From the NCBI RefSeq assembly GCF_036321535.1, contig NC_087440.1, positions 69,130,001-69,194,000 of the forward strand: 64,000 nt of DNA. The letters run 5' to 3'. Below, one piece after another: positions 1-10,440 of this stretch; the first letter of the stretch is position 1, and each line of letters begins with the position of its first letter. A program made the translations under genes and the position numbers. The notes beneath the pieces were generated by a model that ran no database searches, was not told where the DNA came from, and saw only the letters and a program-made list of their open reading frames with translations. Source of the stretch: Camelus dromedarius. Its lineage: Eukaryota.

Positions 1-329
1 TAAAAATGAGTTACCACAGGTGCCCTTCCCAGCTTTAAATTCTCTGAAATGTTGTTACTGCAGTTACTACAAAACAGGAGCTGGATGATAACAGTCCCTG
101 AGGTCCCAAAAGTTGGCCTCAAAGTTGTAAAAGTCCTACAGTTCTAAAAGTTTATTATTTTTGTGAAACAGTAGATTATAGAAAATATTGATTTTTAAAT
201 GCAGTTTATGCCTAATTTTTCAGGAATAGTTCTCTGTGTATATCCAAATTTCACCCATATATGGGTGTTCATCAAGAATTTTCACTTAAAAAAAAAACGA
301 ATTTTCACTTAAAAGTGAATTCAACATAT

Positions 330-800
330 TGACTGCAATATTGTATGTAATAGCAAAATGACTGGAAACAACCCAAATTCTCTGCAACAGTAACTAGTTA
401 AATAAATGATGGTATTTGCATACAGTGGAGTACAATTTAACCATTGGAAAAAATGAGGCAGCTCTATAAGCACTGATATAGAATAATCTCCAAGATACAT
501 TAAAAGTGAAAAACACAGAATGCAGAAGCCTGTGTATAGTATGCTGGCATTTGTTTGTATATTCATATTTTCTTCTATTTGCAGAGGCTACATCTGGAAG
601 CATAGCTGAAAAATGACAAACTGTAGTTGCCTAAGAACACTAAAGGATTGAATAAAAGAGGAACATTAGAGGATGGGAAATTTACTTATTCAAAGTTATT
701 ATGTTATCTAATTTATCAACATTTTCTTACGGGTTCTGCTTTGTTTCTTTCTTTAGAAGGTCTTCCATTCCTCAAAGTTAAAATAGATGTTTATTTTTCT
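330..800 (+). mobile_element. Old L1 3' remnant (L1MB/L1ME-like)
   Basis: ggaaacaacccaaat...aaataaatgatggtat...gtggagtac resembles the L1 ORF2 C-terminus/3' UTR; heavily diverged; subfamily from memory. Confidence 0.6.
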
Positions 801-922
801 AATTCAGTTGCATTTGTATATGTATATATATGTCTGCATCTCTTCTCTGTTGAAATTATTTTTGAGACTTACTTTACAAAATATAACATCTCTTTTGATG
901 TTAAACGATATGTACGTATTAC

Positions 923-1420
923 CTTTTTTATTGAAGTATAGTTGATTTATAATATGTTAATGTCAGTTGCACAGCATAGTGATTTAGTATTTTTACAGAT
1001 TATATACTCCATTAAAAGTTATTACAAGATAATGGCTATAATTTCCTGTGCTATGCAACATAACCTTGTTGCTTATCTATTTTATACAAAGTAGCTTATA
1101 TCTCTTAATCCTACACCCCTAATTTGCCCCTCCCCCTTCCCACTCCCTTTTGGTAATCAATAGTTTGTTTTCTATATTTGTGAGTCTGTTTCTGTTTTAA
1201 TATACATTCATTGTATTATTTTTTAGATTCCACATATAAGTATTTGTCTTTGTCTGACTTATTTCACTAAGCATAGTATTTTCTAGGTCCATCCACATTC
1301 CTGCAAATTGCAGAATTAAATTATTTTTCATGGCTGAGTAATATTCCATCGTGTGTGTGCATACGTGCCTATACCACATCTTTATCCATTCATTTGTTAA
1401 TGAGCACTTGGGTTGTATAT
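923..1420 (-). mobile_element. L1 3' end, cetartiodactyl/camelid type
   Basis: T-tail then attgaagtatagttgattta...; minus ORF 1197-1379 (TMEYYSAMK...WMDLENTMLSEISQ) is the characteristic L1 3' region translation. Confidence 0.85.
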
Positions 1421-1508
1421 TATGTTTTTGAATAGAAAGATGGGGGGAAAGAATCTACTAGATCTTATTTTTAAATAAAACAAAAAAACTTAAAGAATCT
1501 AGCTTATA

Positions 1509-1551
1509 GGGTACATTTTATGGTATGTGAATTACATCTTAATTTAAAAAG
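1509..1551 (+). mobile_element. 43-bp 5'-truncated L1 tail with perfect 17-bp target-site duplication
   Basis: aaagaatctagcttata at 1492-1508 and 1552-1568; insert tacattttatggtatgtgaatt resembles an L1 terminus; left flank reads TT|AAAG like an L1 endonuclease site. Confidence 0.6.
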
Positions 1552-2159
1552 AAAGAATCTAGCTTATATGGCAAGGTTGAAATTAATAGCATGAGAACTG
1601 GGTGAAGACAACAGAATCCTCCTAGGTAAGCCTGATGTTAGGGTTTAGCCAGGATCTCCCCAACACTCAGTTTTATAGTTTAGCCTAATTTTATAGGTTC
1701 AATACCTGTTTGAGCAAATCAAAGCTGCAGACAAACAGGAAGCATCTCTTTGCCTTCCTCACAAGTCTTGCTTGAGAGTTGGCCCTACCTCTTTCTACCA
1801 GTCTGGTTCCCTTGGAAGACCAGACCAACCCAAGTAAACAAATGGTTTCCCCTAAGAGCCAGTGCTCAGGCACAGGACATCATGAGGCAGGTCAACTGGA
1901 CTCAAGTCAGGACAAGGAGGAGCCAGTCCTGAAGCTGGACAGACACTATCTGGTACCCAGGGGGAAGAGGTGCTGCAAATGAAGCAGAACAATGAGGTGC
2001 AAAACCAGGAGGTGTCAGGGAGAGGCTAACAGGCAGAAGGAGAAAGGGTGGGTAAATGTTCAGAAAGACTGGGAACATGGTGCTTGGTGCTTGGGTTGGG
2101 GGTACATGTCTGTGCACAAGCAGACAATGTCTGCAAGCCACTGCATTTGCTGTGTCTCC

Positions 2160-2770
2160 AACATCATCATCAAACATTCCCTGGGATTTGCTATGAGTGG
2201 ACACCAGGGCTGGGAATACAAAGCTATATAAAACAGGGGCTTCCAGTTTAGTTGAAAAGTGATAATATTGATCCACCCAAAAGCACATTTGAGGAGCCAA
2301 ATGAAGGGTATGATCAGAGCTATGTTCCAAAGGAGAAGTTGAAAATCATTTAGACCAGGTTTCAAGCCTTTCTTCATCAGGGGACCCCAGTGGATGTTAC
2401 CAGGGAGAGGCCCACAGGGTGGGTCAGGGGAAATTCTTAAGGAGGGGAACATGAATAGGGCTAAAAGGAGAGCAAGACTGAGCCAAGCAGGAGAGAGGAA
2501 AGAGGAGGCATTCCAGACTTCTGGGGAAGCAGGAGAGGTACAAATGTTCTCCACCAGCAGTTTGGACAAGCACACGGAGCAGGTCACTGGGTCAGAGCAG
2601 AGGGTTAAGAGCAGAAGACCAGTGGCGGTCAGATCCCTGTGGGGAAGGCCCTGACTGCCAGCCTAGAGGTTTGATCCTTACTGTGCAGACAGTGGGAAAC
2701 CACTGAAGGTTGCTGAGCAGGAGGGTCACACTGGCAAACAGGCATTTTAAGCAAGATTACAGAGGAGCCC
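2160..2770 (-). mobile_element. L2 LINE remnant
   Basis: caaacatt...gctgggaatacaaag and gggaaaccactgaaggttgctgagcaggag match L2 3' region motifs. Confidence 0.55.
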
Positions 2771-5168
2771 TTTATTCCAGGCTTATTCAAAGACCTGTGT
2801 GTATTTCAAGTGGCACTCGAGACAGAAAGTCGTAAAGCATTGCCCTGTGTCATGTAGACGAAGGAAAAAAACAGGTTTAAGGATCTCACAAAGAGATGCT
2901 TCAGAGAGAAGGAGAAATGAGGTGGGGGCACATCTTAAGGAAGGAAACAGATTTGCAGGACAGAACTGCCAGGCATCTGGAAAACTGCAAAACTTTCTTC
3001 GGAGTCTGGAATGCCCTCTTATGGCTGGAGGGGTTCTGCCTCCTTTTTTGGAGGTTGGTTGTGATGTCAGAACATGGGATTGTGGTGTAGGGAGGCAGCT
3101 GGGAGGAGGCAGATGAACAGAAATATAAATATTGGGGCTGGAGAGCGTAAAAGGCCTCCCATATCATGACCACCCTCTGGCAGGGGCCTTCATCTGCCTC
3201 TCAGTGGAATCTAGGGGTTTTTGCCAAAGTTGCTGGGAGCTTCCTAATTTCCCAAACAGCTTCTCCTCTTAAAACAATAAAATGATTTTTCAAGTCTGTC
3301 AAGTTTTGATTCAGAGCTTTTTCAATATTGTTCTTAGTTGTTCATAGCGAGGCAGTAGGCAGGGCTGTTCTGGGGCCGTGAACTGGGCAGCAACTTTAGG
3401 CCGTAAATCAGCATTTACGTAAGGTGGGAGAGGAAGTCAGGATTAAGTTTCCGGTCTTAAACTGGGCTGTGTACAACTGCAGGGCAAGCTCTGTGAATGC
3501 AGAGGCAAAGCTGAGTAAGCCAGGGGAAGGGCCTGAGTTATGCACAAAAATCAGTCAGGCTGAACTGAAGAAAGGGGTGGAAAAAAAAAAAAAAAGGAAA
3601 TGGGCGGGCAACTGTTCCAGGTGGCTCCACAACTCTGGGTGTCTCTGGCCTTTGCAAGGGGTCCCTCCCCTCCACTCTCCAGCTACATTCCCTGAAGGCC
3701 TTTGGGTACTTTTAATCTCATGAACACAAAGGATTGCAAACTCAAGGCTGTCTTTCCTTTGGAGTCAGAAGGGACTGCTCCCCTCCCCTGACTCTCCAGA
3801 CTAGTATGGTGGCGGTGGCATACGTTAATAAAGCAGCCCTGGTCAGGTGATACAGATAACCAGGACCTTGACAGTCAAGTTCAGTAAAAAGCTAAACGTA
3901 CCCAAAAAAAGAGGTTGTGCAACTCATGGGAACTCCTGCCTTAGTGGTGTTTTGCTCTAACCCTCATTCCCCTCTGGCAACTGTGTCCATGTGTCCCAGA
4001 CTTTCCAGAAATGTCTTGATTTCACATGTTTTTCCTTGAGTCTCTGGAAGCACATAGGTGTCTGCCAGGGACCGTGCCCTAATGTTTTGGTTTGACAAAT
4101 GGTCACTTTGCCCGTGACACACAGCTGGCATGAGGTTGCAAAACAGTATTTTTCCCTCCAGGTGAAACTCAATTACTTGGTTGGGGAGAAGGCCAGGCGT
4201 GGGGAAGCTCCTCTGTGCCAGGGCCATTGGTACCTGCCACTCTGAGCAGAGAGGCTACCGGAGCCCAGCAGTGAGGCGGTGCCACTGAGTCACAGTACCC
4301 TCAGCAGGGCTGAGTGCTGCCCTGGCAGCGTTTTCTACCTCGGGCAGGGAGCGAGTGGGCTGAGACTTGGCATGCGAGAAGAATGGGCCAGCATGCATCC
4401 TGTGCATGTTTGTGACTGTGTTTTTAATCCCTGTACCACAGTTAGCCACCTCTGAGGCCCTCAGGGAGAACCTATCTGCCTTCTTTCCATGCTTGCAGGC
4501 TTGGCTCCCTTCCTGCAGCACAGCAGCTCTGAGATGTGAGGACCCCCACCTTGTGCAGCAAGCCTTGCTCAGAAAGGGGGCTTGGGGGGGGGCGTCCTCT
4601 GGAGAAAATTAACAGGAATCACTCTTCTGCCTCCCCCACCCCCACCCCAGACACTGTCACAGACACACAGTGTCAAAGACTCAGCCCTTTTCCCTTTGAC
4701 CAGAACACAATAAAGGAACTAGGACCCACCTACTAAATTTCTGCAGCTGACATTTCAAGGCTCAAAGTCTAGCTCACCAGCGCAGTCACACATGTCTGAC
4801 GTGTCCTCTTTGCAACCAGTCCCAATCCAGCCACCATGCAATTTTGCTAATTCAAACTGCTTTCCCGTTTAGGGAGGTTGATAGCCATCTCCCATCTCCT
4901 TTTCCTGCTGACGTCATCCCACATTTTCTACAGGCACAAATAAGGGTACAATTCCTGGGATAGTTTTCAGGCCGCAGAAGGTGGGAGTGGAGGGATCTTG
5001 CGCTCTTGGGTCCACTTCACTTCTCTGGCGTTTGGCAAACTGTTCGAGGTTAGGGGAGAGGCAAGGAAATAAATCACCTAGCTAGGGTGAAAGGCCCAAA
5101 AGAACTTGGCGATTGCAGCTCAGGCCCAGATCTGTCCTGGGTATTTGCAATGCAAATCTGCCTTTCGT

Positions 5169-5308
5169 NNNNNNNNNNNNNNNNNNNNNNNNNNNNNNNN
5201 NNNNNNNNNNNNNNNNNNNNNNNNNNNNNNNNNNNNNNNNNNNNNNNNNNNNNNNNNNNNNNNNNNNNNNNNNNNNNNNNNNNNNNNNNNNNNNNNNNNN
5301 NNNNNNNN
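5169..5308. other. Assembly gap (140 N) at the edge of the CpG island
   Basis: N run counted directly. Confidence 0.98.
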
Positions 5309-5309
5309 T

Positions 5310-6760
5310 GTCCGAGTCTCCATGGCACGGAGGTGCATTCCTGCACACACCACGCGTCCCTGCCGCGGCCGCGGCTGCTACACTTGCAGACTCCAAGCCA
5401 AGGAGCCCAGGCGCCACCCGCCCCGGCCTGCCAGCCCCGAGTTACTTTGCAGGGATGTCATAAACTTCTCAGCTGTTCTTTAAACAAAACAAAACGAAAC
5501 AACCTTTCGCCACGAGGCTACCAAGGGCGGCGGGAACCACCATCAAAGTTCCCAAGCACATTCCTGCAAGCCTGAGCAGTTTTAGAAAACAGAAAAGAGC
5601 GAGATGCCGCAGAGTCCACTGGAAGCGAGTTTCAGAGTTTTATATAGAAAACACTCACATATGTATGTGGGTGTGCTGACAGTTTTTATGGCTAAATTGC
5701 AAAGTGTTAGGCCTTAGTGATTATTGTCAAGTTCAGGACGTGGTGAGGGAAGAGTAAGAGCGGGGGAGTCAGATTTGATCAAGGAGGGCTTAGGGGCAAT
5801 TCTGGTTTTGCTTTTCGGACATGCGTAGGGTTGTTTTCCCAAACTCCCCAATTGCTCTGCTCTTTGTCACTGGAGGGCCAAGCAAAGAAAAGTGGGAGGA
5901 AAGTTCCTTTAACTTCCTTCCTGCGGCCTCAGCGAGGGCTGCTAAGAGGAAGAGAACGCTTCCCTGGGAAGCACGGGGCGGGGTCCAGGGGGCGACCACT
6001 CCCAGCCTGTCGGAATGGCGGGGTGCCGAGCGGAGGACTAGCTCCAGACGCAGGCCACGCGAAGCCCCTTTCCTGCACCATTCCGATCGCAACGGCGCCT
6101 GGAGCTGCTTGGCTGCAGCCTTGGCTGGTTTAAGTCCCGCGACAAAACAGCGACCACAGCGGCGCAGCCCCGGGCCCGGCGGATCCTGGCCACCGAGCTC
6201 CCTCCCTGCAGAGCCCTCCGCACGCAAGCCCAGCGCAGCCGGCCCTACCGGCCCGCCACATCCCCGCCCGCTCGGCCGAGCCCTGGCCCGGAACGCTTCC
6301 GGGCCCCACGTCGGCGCCCCGGCGGCGGAGGGGGCACTGAGCACGCGGCTCACCTGCGCGCTGGATCCCGGGGCTGCTCCGAGGGGCGCGGGGCGCAAGC
6401 GAGCGCGACCCGCAGACTCAAACTTTGTTGCTCTTGGGACGGCGCAGTCGTCACTTCCTCGCAGAGCGGGTGGCGCGGCCAGGGCTGTGACCCAGCAGCT
6501 CGCGCGGTGGCGCGCCGGGCCCGGCAGCCGCCCGCGCCCCCAGCTCTGCGCGCCCTCGGCTGCTGGGGAAGCGGGCAGCGGTCCGCCGAGTCTGCACCCC
6601 TCCGGGGAAGGCTCACTCCAGCCCGGTTATTTCCACGCGGAAGTGCGGTCGAGCCTACTCTTAGGCTGGATCTGGAAGGTGGTGTTGGGGTTCAGGGACC
6701 CAGAGCTGGGGTTCCCGGAGAAACAAAGGGTGGGGAAGGAGGAAGAGAAAGTTTCTCAGT
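5310..6760. promoter_or_regulatory. MIDEAS: CpG island promoter, probably MIDEAS (ELMSAN1), minus strand
   Basis: Very GC/CpG-rich; ETS motifs at 6452-6459 (AGGAAGTG, minus) and 6638-6645 (CGGAAGTG, plus). CpG island is seen directly; gene name is inferred only from recalled head-to-head synteny with PTGR2. Confidence 0.7.
6354..6470 (-). other. MIDEAS: Putative non-coding first exon of MIDEAS
   Basis: Strong minus-strand donor CAG|GTGAGC (plus ctcacctg at 6349-6356) inside the CpG island; 5' end approximate; no CDS. Confidence 0.5.
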
Positions 6761-6802
6761 TTGGTGTTGAAGCTAGAAGCTCATGTTAGAAAGCACCGTG
6801 CA

Positions 6803-6837
<35 letters not shown>

Positions 6838-6867
6838 CGCGCGTGCGTGTGTGTCTGTGTGTGTGTG
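6803..6867. repeat. Compound (TG)n/(CG)n microsatellite
   Basis: gtgtgt...gcgcgcgcgtgtgtgcgcgcgtgcgtgt; uninterrupted purine/pyrimidine alternation 6803-6854. Confidence 0.95.
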
Positions 6868-8315
6868 AACCAAATAATGCCTAAGCTAGGCCTTAAAACA
6901 TGGATCTCCTCTCCCCACATCCCCCCAAAAGATCTGCACGCTTATTCATCATTTCCACTGATTATAAGGGCGCAAGACGTTCAGCATTCTTCAGACTTCA
7001 AGAAGCTATTTCAGCGCCCAAGTTGGGGCTGCAAAATAGTTTCTGTTCTAATCCTCCCCCGCGATTTCCACCTCTTTCTTTATACTCAACTCACAGATCT
7101 CTTTGGGGCCTGTTGCATTCCGAGTTTCGTCAGGGACCAAAAGTGACTCGGAGGGTAGGGCTGGAGTCCTGACAAGAGGAGCTTCACGCACTAGTAATTC
7201 TGAAATTGATCATTGCCCAAAATAAATTTACTCACTGTATTAAAAACTACAACAACAAAAAGCCGTCGTTTTGGTTTCTGATAAATAGCAACAAAGTAGT
7301 TAAACAGCAGTCTTTCGGGAAGAATTCCTGATCCTGTAAAGTTGGAGAGAAAACGGGTTAGCTTTTACTGTGGTTAAAAAAAAAAAAAGAGCAGACATTT
7401 GAAACTGCAGTGGAGAGCTTTCATAACAGAAACATTAGCTTCATTGTAGCTTGTTGTGAAAACAGGGACCTTTTCAAAGGTGGTTCAGGAGCATCAGTTA
7501 GGGCTCAACAATTTTCCCTTTTTCCCCAAATACTGCTTCTACTTGCACATTGGACTTCCTCATCCAATGCCTCATCTCTTTACTAAAGCACAGGAAACCA
7601 TAGAGTTGAGTTGAAGACTTTGAACAGAAAGGTGGATATAAAATTGATAGAAAGTAACATCTGAGAAATGATCCCCAGGTCTATGTTAATACCTAGTGGG
7701 AAGTCACAGTCTCACCCAAAGATTAGGAGTATGAAGATTGAAACTCTCCTAGCAACATGAAATCCTCCAAATTGCAACCCTTTATGCAGTAGTTCTGATT
7801 TCTACTGAGATATTATTAATGGAGCATTATAAATACAAAATATACCATGTAAGAAAAATAATGTTGCTTTGAGAAAAAAGTGCACTATTAGGCTCTCAAT
7901 AATTATAATTCTCTGAAATTTTTATGACATCACACATTGTGGGGCAGGGGAAAGATGTGGAAGGATTGTCCATTTCAGTTTTGGAATAGGTAGAAGTAAT
8001 TCCTTAATGCATTCTGCTTAAGGCAAGTAATGACATAATCAAGAAGAGTAGTGAGAATATGTCACGCGGACTTCTAAAAACAATCACGTGGTACTCCATA
8101 TTTGTTAGAACAAGAGCAGAATATTGCTTTGTTTCAGTATTGTGATTCTGAATTCTCAGTCACAATTTCATGAATATTCAGCATTTCTGCATGCCCAGGA
8201 ATAATTAGCAGACAGTGTAAATGTGTGAAGACTTGACACTTGTTTATGCAAAGACACGCATTGCTTTTTCTCTGTATAGGGTAGCATTTGCTGGAGCACC
8301 ACAAAGTGTAGAAGC

Positions 8316-8843
8316 TGTGGTAGGTAGCTTCGAAGACAGTCCCCTGCTAATAGTGATCCCCTACCTCCTGGTATTCTTGCCTATGTAATCTCTTCTTGAG
8401 TGTGGGCTGGACTAGTTGACTCGGTTCTAACAGACAGTACGTGGCAGAAGTCATGGGATGTCACAGCTGAGATTAGGTTATATTAAAAAAAAAAAACCTG
8501 TGGCTTTCATCTTGGGTGCTCTCTTTCTTTCTCTTTCTTGGATCTTTCACTGTGGGGGGAAGCCAGCTGCTGTGTCCTAAGGCAGATCTGTAGACAGGAG
8601 GCCTGTCAACAACCACATAAGTTAGCTTGGAAAAGGATACTTCCTCCTTCCCCCATACCAATCGAGCTTTCAGAAGAAACCTTCCAGCACAGCCAAAAGC
8701 TGCCCCATGAGAGCCCTTGTAACAGAGGCATCCAGCTCAACTGCCTGGACTCCTGACCCATAGAAGCTGTAAGATAGGAAATATTTGTCTTAAGCTGCTA
8801 TGTTTTGAAGTAACTTGTTACCCAGCCACAGATAACTAATGCA
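8316..8843 (+). mobile_element. MaLR solo LTR (MLT1F-like)
   Basis: TGTGG start, tgatcccctacctcctggtattc, gagtgtgggctggactag, ends gataactaatgca. Confidence 0.8.
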
Positions 8844-10209
8844 CAAGCCAAAAGAGAATTAAGTCATTGTAGGCCCAGTGAGAACCCCACACAGACTTCC
8901 TGGGCCTTCACCTGGAAAGCAGAACATGGAGAAGGAGGCAGGGTCCCGAACCAGACCATTTTTTTAAATGTAACATGTAAATCCTAAGAACAGAAGGCCC
9001 AGCCCTTACCTATTTTGCAGAGCAAGGGTCATCCTTGAATTTAAACTAGGTCAGAGGGTGTAGGCTGCTGCTCAGTCCCAGGCAGCCCTGGTATTGGGTG
9101 TCACCAACCTGATAGTATGTGCAGATGTCTTCTGTGTCACCAGAATTAACATCTGTCCAGGTGTCTTCTTCCTCCCCTTCCAGGCATCTGCCCTGATCCC
9201 GGAGGCCTTCGTACAACTAGTGACCATGGAGTCAGGTCTTGGTCCTAGAAGGGGAGCTTGAAAGATGGGCGTTCCACCCTGGCAGCCAGAATGGATGGGT
9301 GATTTCAGTGGAGGTCCAAATGCTAGAAAAAAAGCTTTGTGGTTCTGCAGCTGAAGGGCAAGCCGTGGACGATCTCTGATAAGAATCGCCTCCACACTGC
9401 TTCCAGGGCTACAAAGAACAGTCTGTCCACGTGATAGTTATCTTTCTCAGCATCATTTCCTCTCTGACTGGAGCTAATTATTTACTTTGAAAACATACAA
9501 TAAAGTTTTAGGAAGCAGGAAAGGTGTTATACTCCTTCATCCCTTACCAGGGGAGGCATCTACTTGTGTTTGTCCCTCATGTCCCCCTCCCCTCAGCCAA
9601 CCCTGCACAAGCCGGCAACTGGAGAGCCCATTTCTGTTTTCCCTCCAGAAACACTAGGCTCTGATTTTTCTCATGTGCAGTGGCCACAGCTGCTGTGTTG
9701 CCATGTCGTCATCCGGTTGCTATGACTTGTGAGGTTGTAGATGTGCCAGAACATGAATCTATTAATTTAACAGGAGCTGGGCTCAGCACATATATTCCTT
9801 GTTAGGTCATTTGCTTTGCTACCTAAACCACATCCAATGTGCTCAGTAGTGGGAACGTTTCCTAGAGTCTGGCTTTGCAAAAATGCTAAATGCCCTGAAT
9901 TTGAAGCCTGCACAGTTTTATGTTATTAAATTACTGTAGAGGAAATAAAGACATCCTAGTAAAGGTAGACAAACAGATCAGCTCACGAAAAAAAATCAAG
10001 GGTAGGGAAATAGTCAAAGTCTCTGGTCTTCTTTCTCTACACATTGAGGTCCTTTCTGCAGGAGGTATATGTACTAATTTCTGTGAAAATCCCATCTTGA
10101 GCCCAGGTTGCTCACTGACAAGGTCTCCAACGGCAGAACTAGGTGCTGCGGACCACAGTAAGAGAAATCACTGTCCTTTTCGGTGGCGCACACAAGCAGG
10201 CCTTTTTCA

Positions 10210-10440
10210 TGCACCCCTTCGATTAACACTTATTGAATGTCTACGGATTGGGTGTGCTAGGGATGCAAAGATTGAAAGAATGAAGTCTCTCCCTGTGGGA
10301 GAGAAAGACACATCAATTACAACGCAAGACGAGAAGTATTATAATCAAGTTTTGGGTAGGGCACTAGGAGATTCCAGAGAAGGAAGCAAGCAGGTCTGTC
10401 TTGAGAGGGGGGTTATGGGTCACCATCAGTATTTTTCTTT
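10210..10440 (-). mobile_element. L2 3' remnant
   Basis: acacttattgaatgtctac...tgtgctagggatgcaaag is the reverse complement of an L2 3' end. Confidence 0.55.

Noticed and set aside
252-267. Perfect 16-bp palindrome CACCCATATATGGGTG containing a CArG box
   Set aside because: About one 16-bp palindrome and several CArG boxes are expected by chance in 64 kb; no supporting context.
276-320. Duplicated gaattttcacttaaaa and small hairpin ttcactt-aa-aagtgaa
   Set aside because: Explained as a short slippage duplication around an A-run.
5074-5575. ORFs spanning N runs (also at 29.0-29.6, 48.1-48.5 and 57.4-57.8 kb)
   Set aside because: Their length is inflated by X codons from assembly gaps; the real parts are short or are L1 ORF2 remnants.
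5821-6789. 322-aa plus-strand ORF (and 202-aa minus ORF 5790-6398) across the CpG island
   Set aside because: GC-rich DNA lacks stop codons; the product is low-complexity Ala/Pro/Arg/Gly with no recognisable domain, and overlapping long ORFs occur in several frames.
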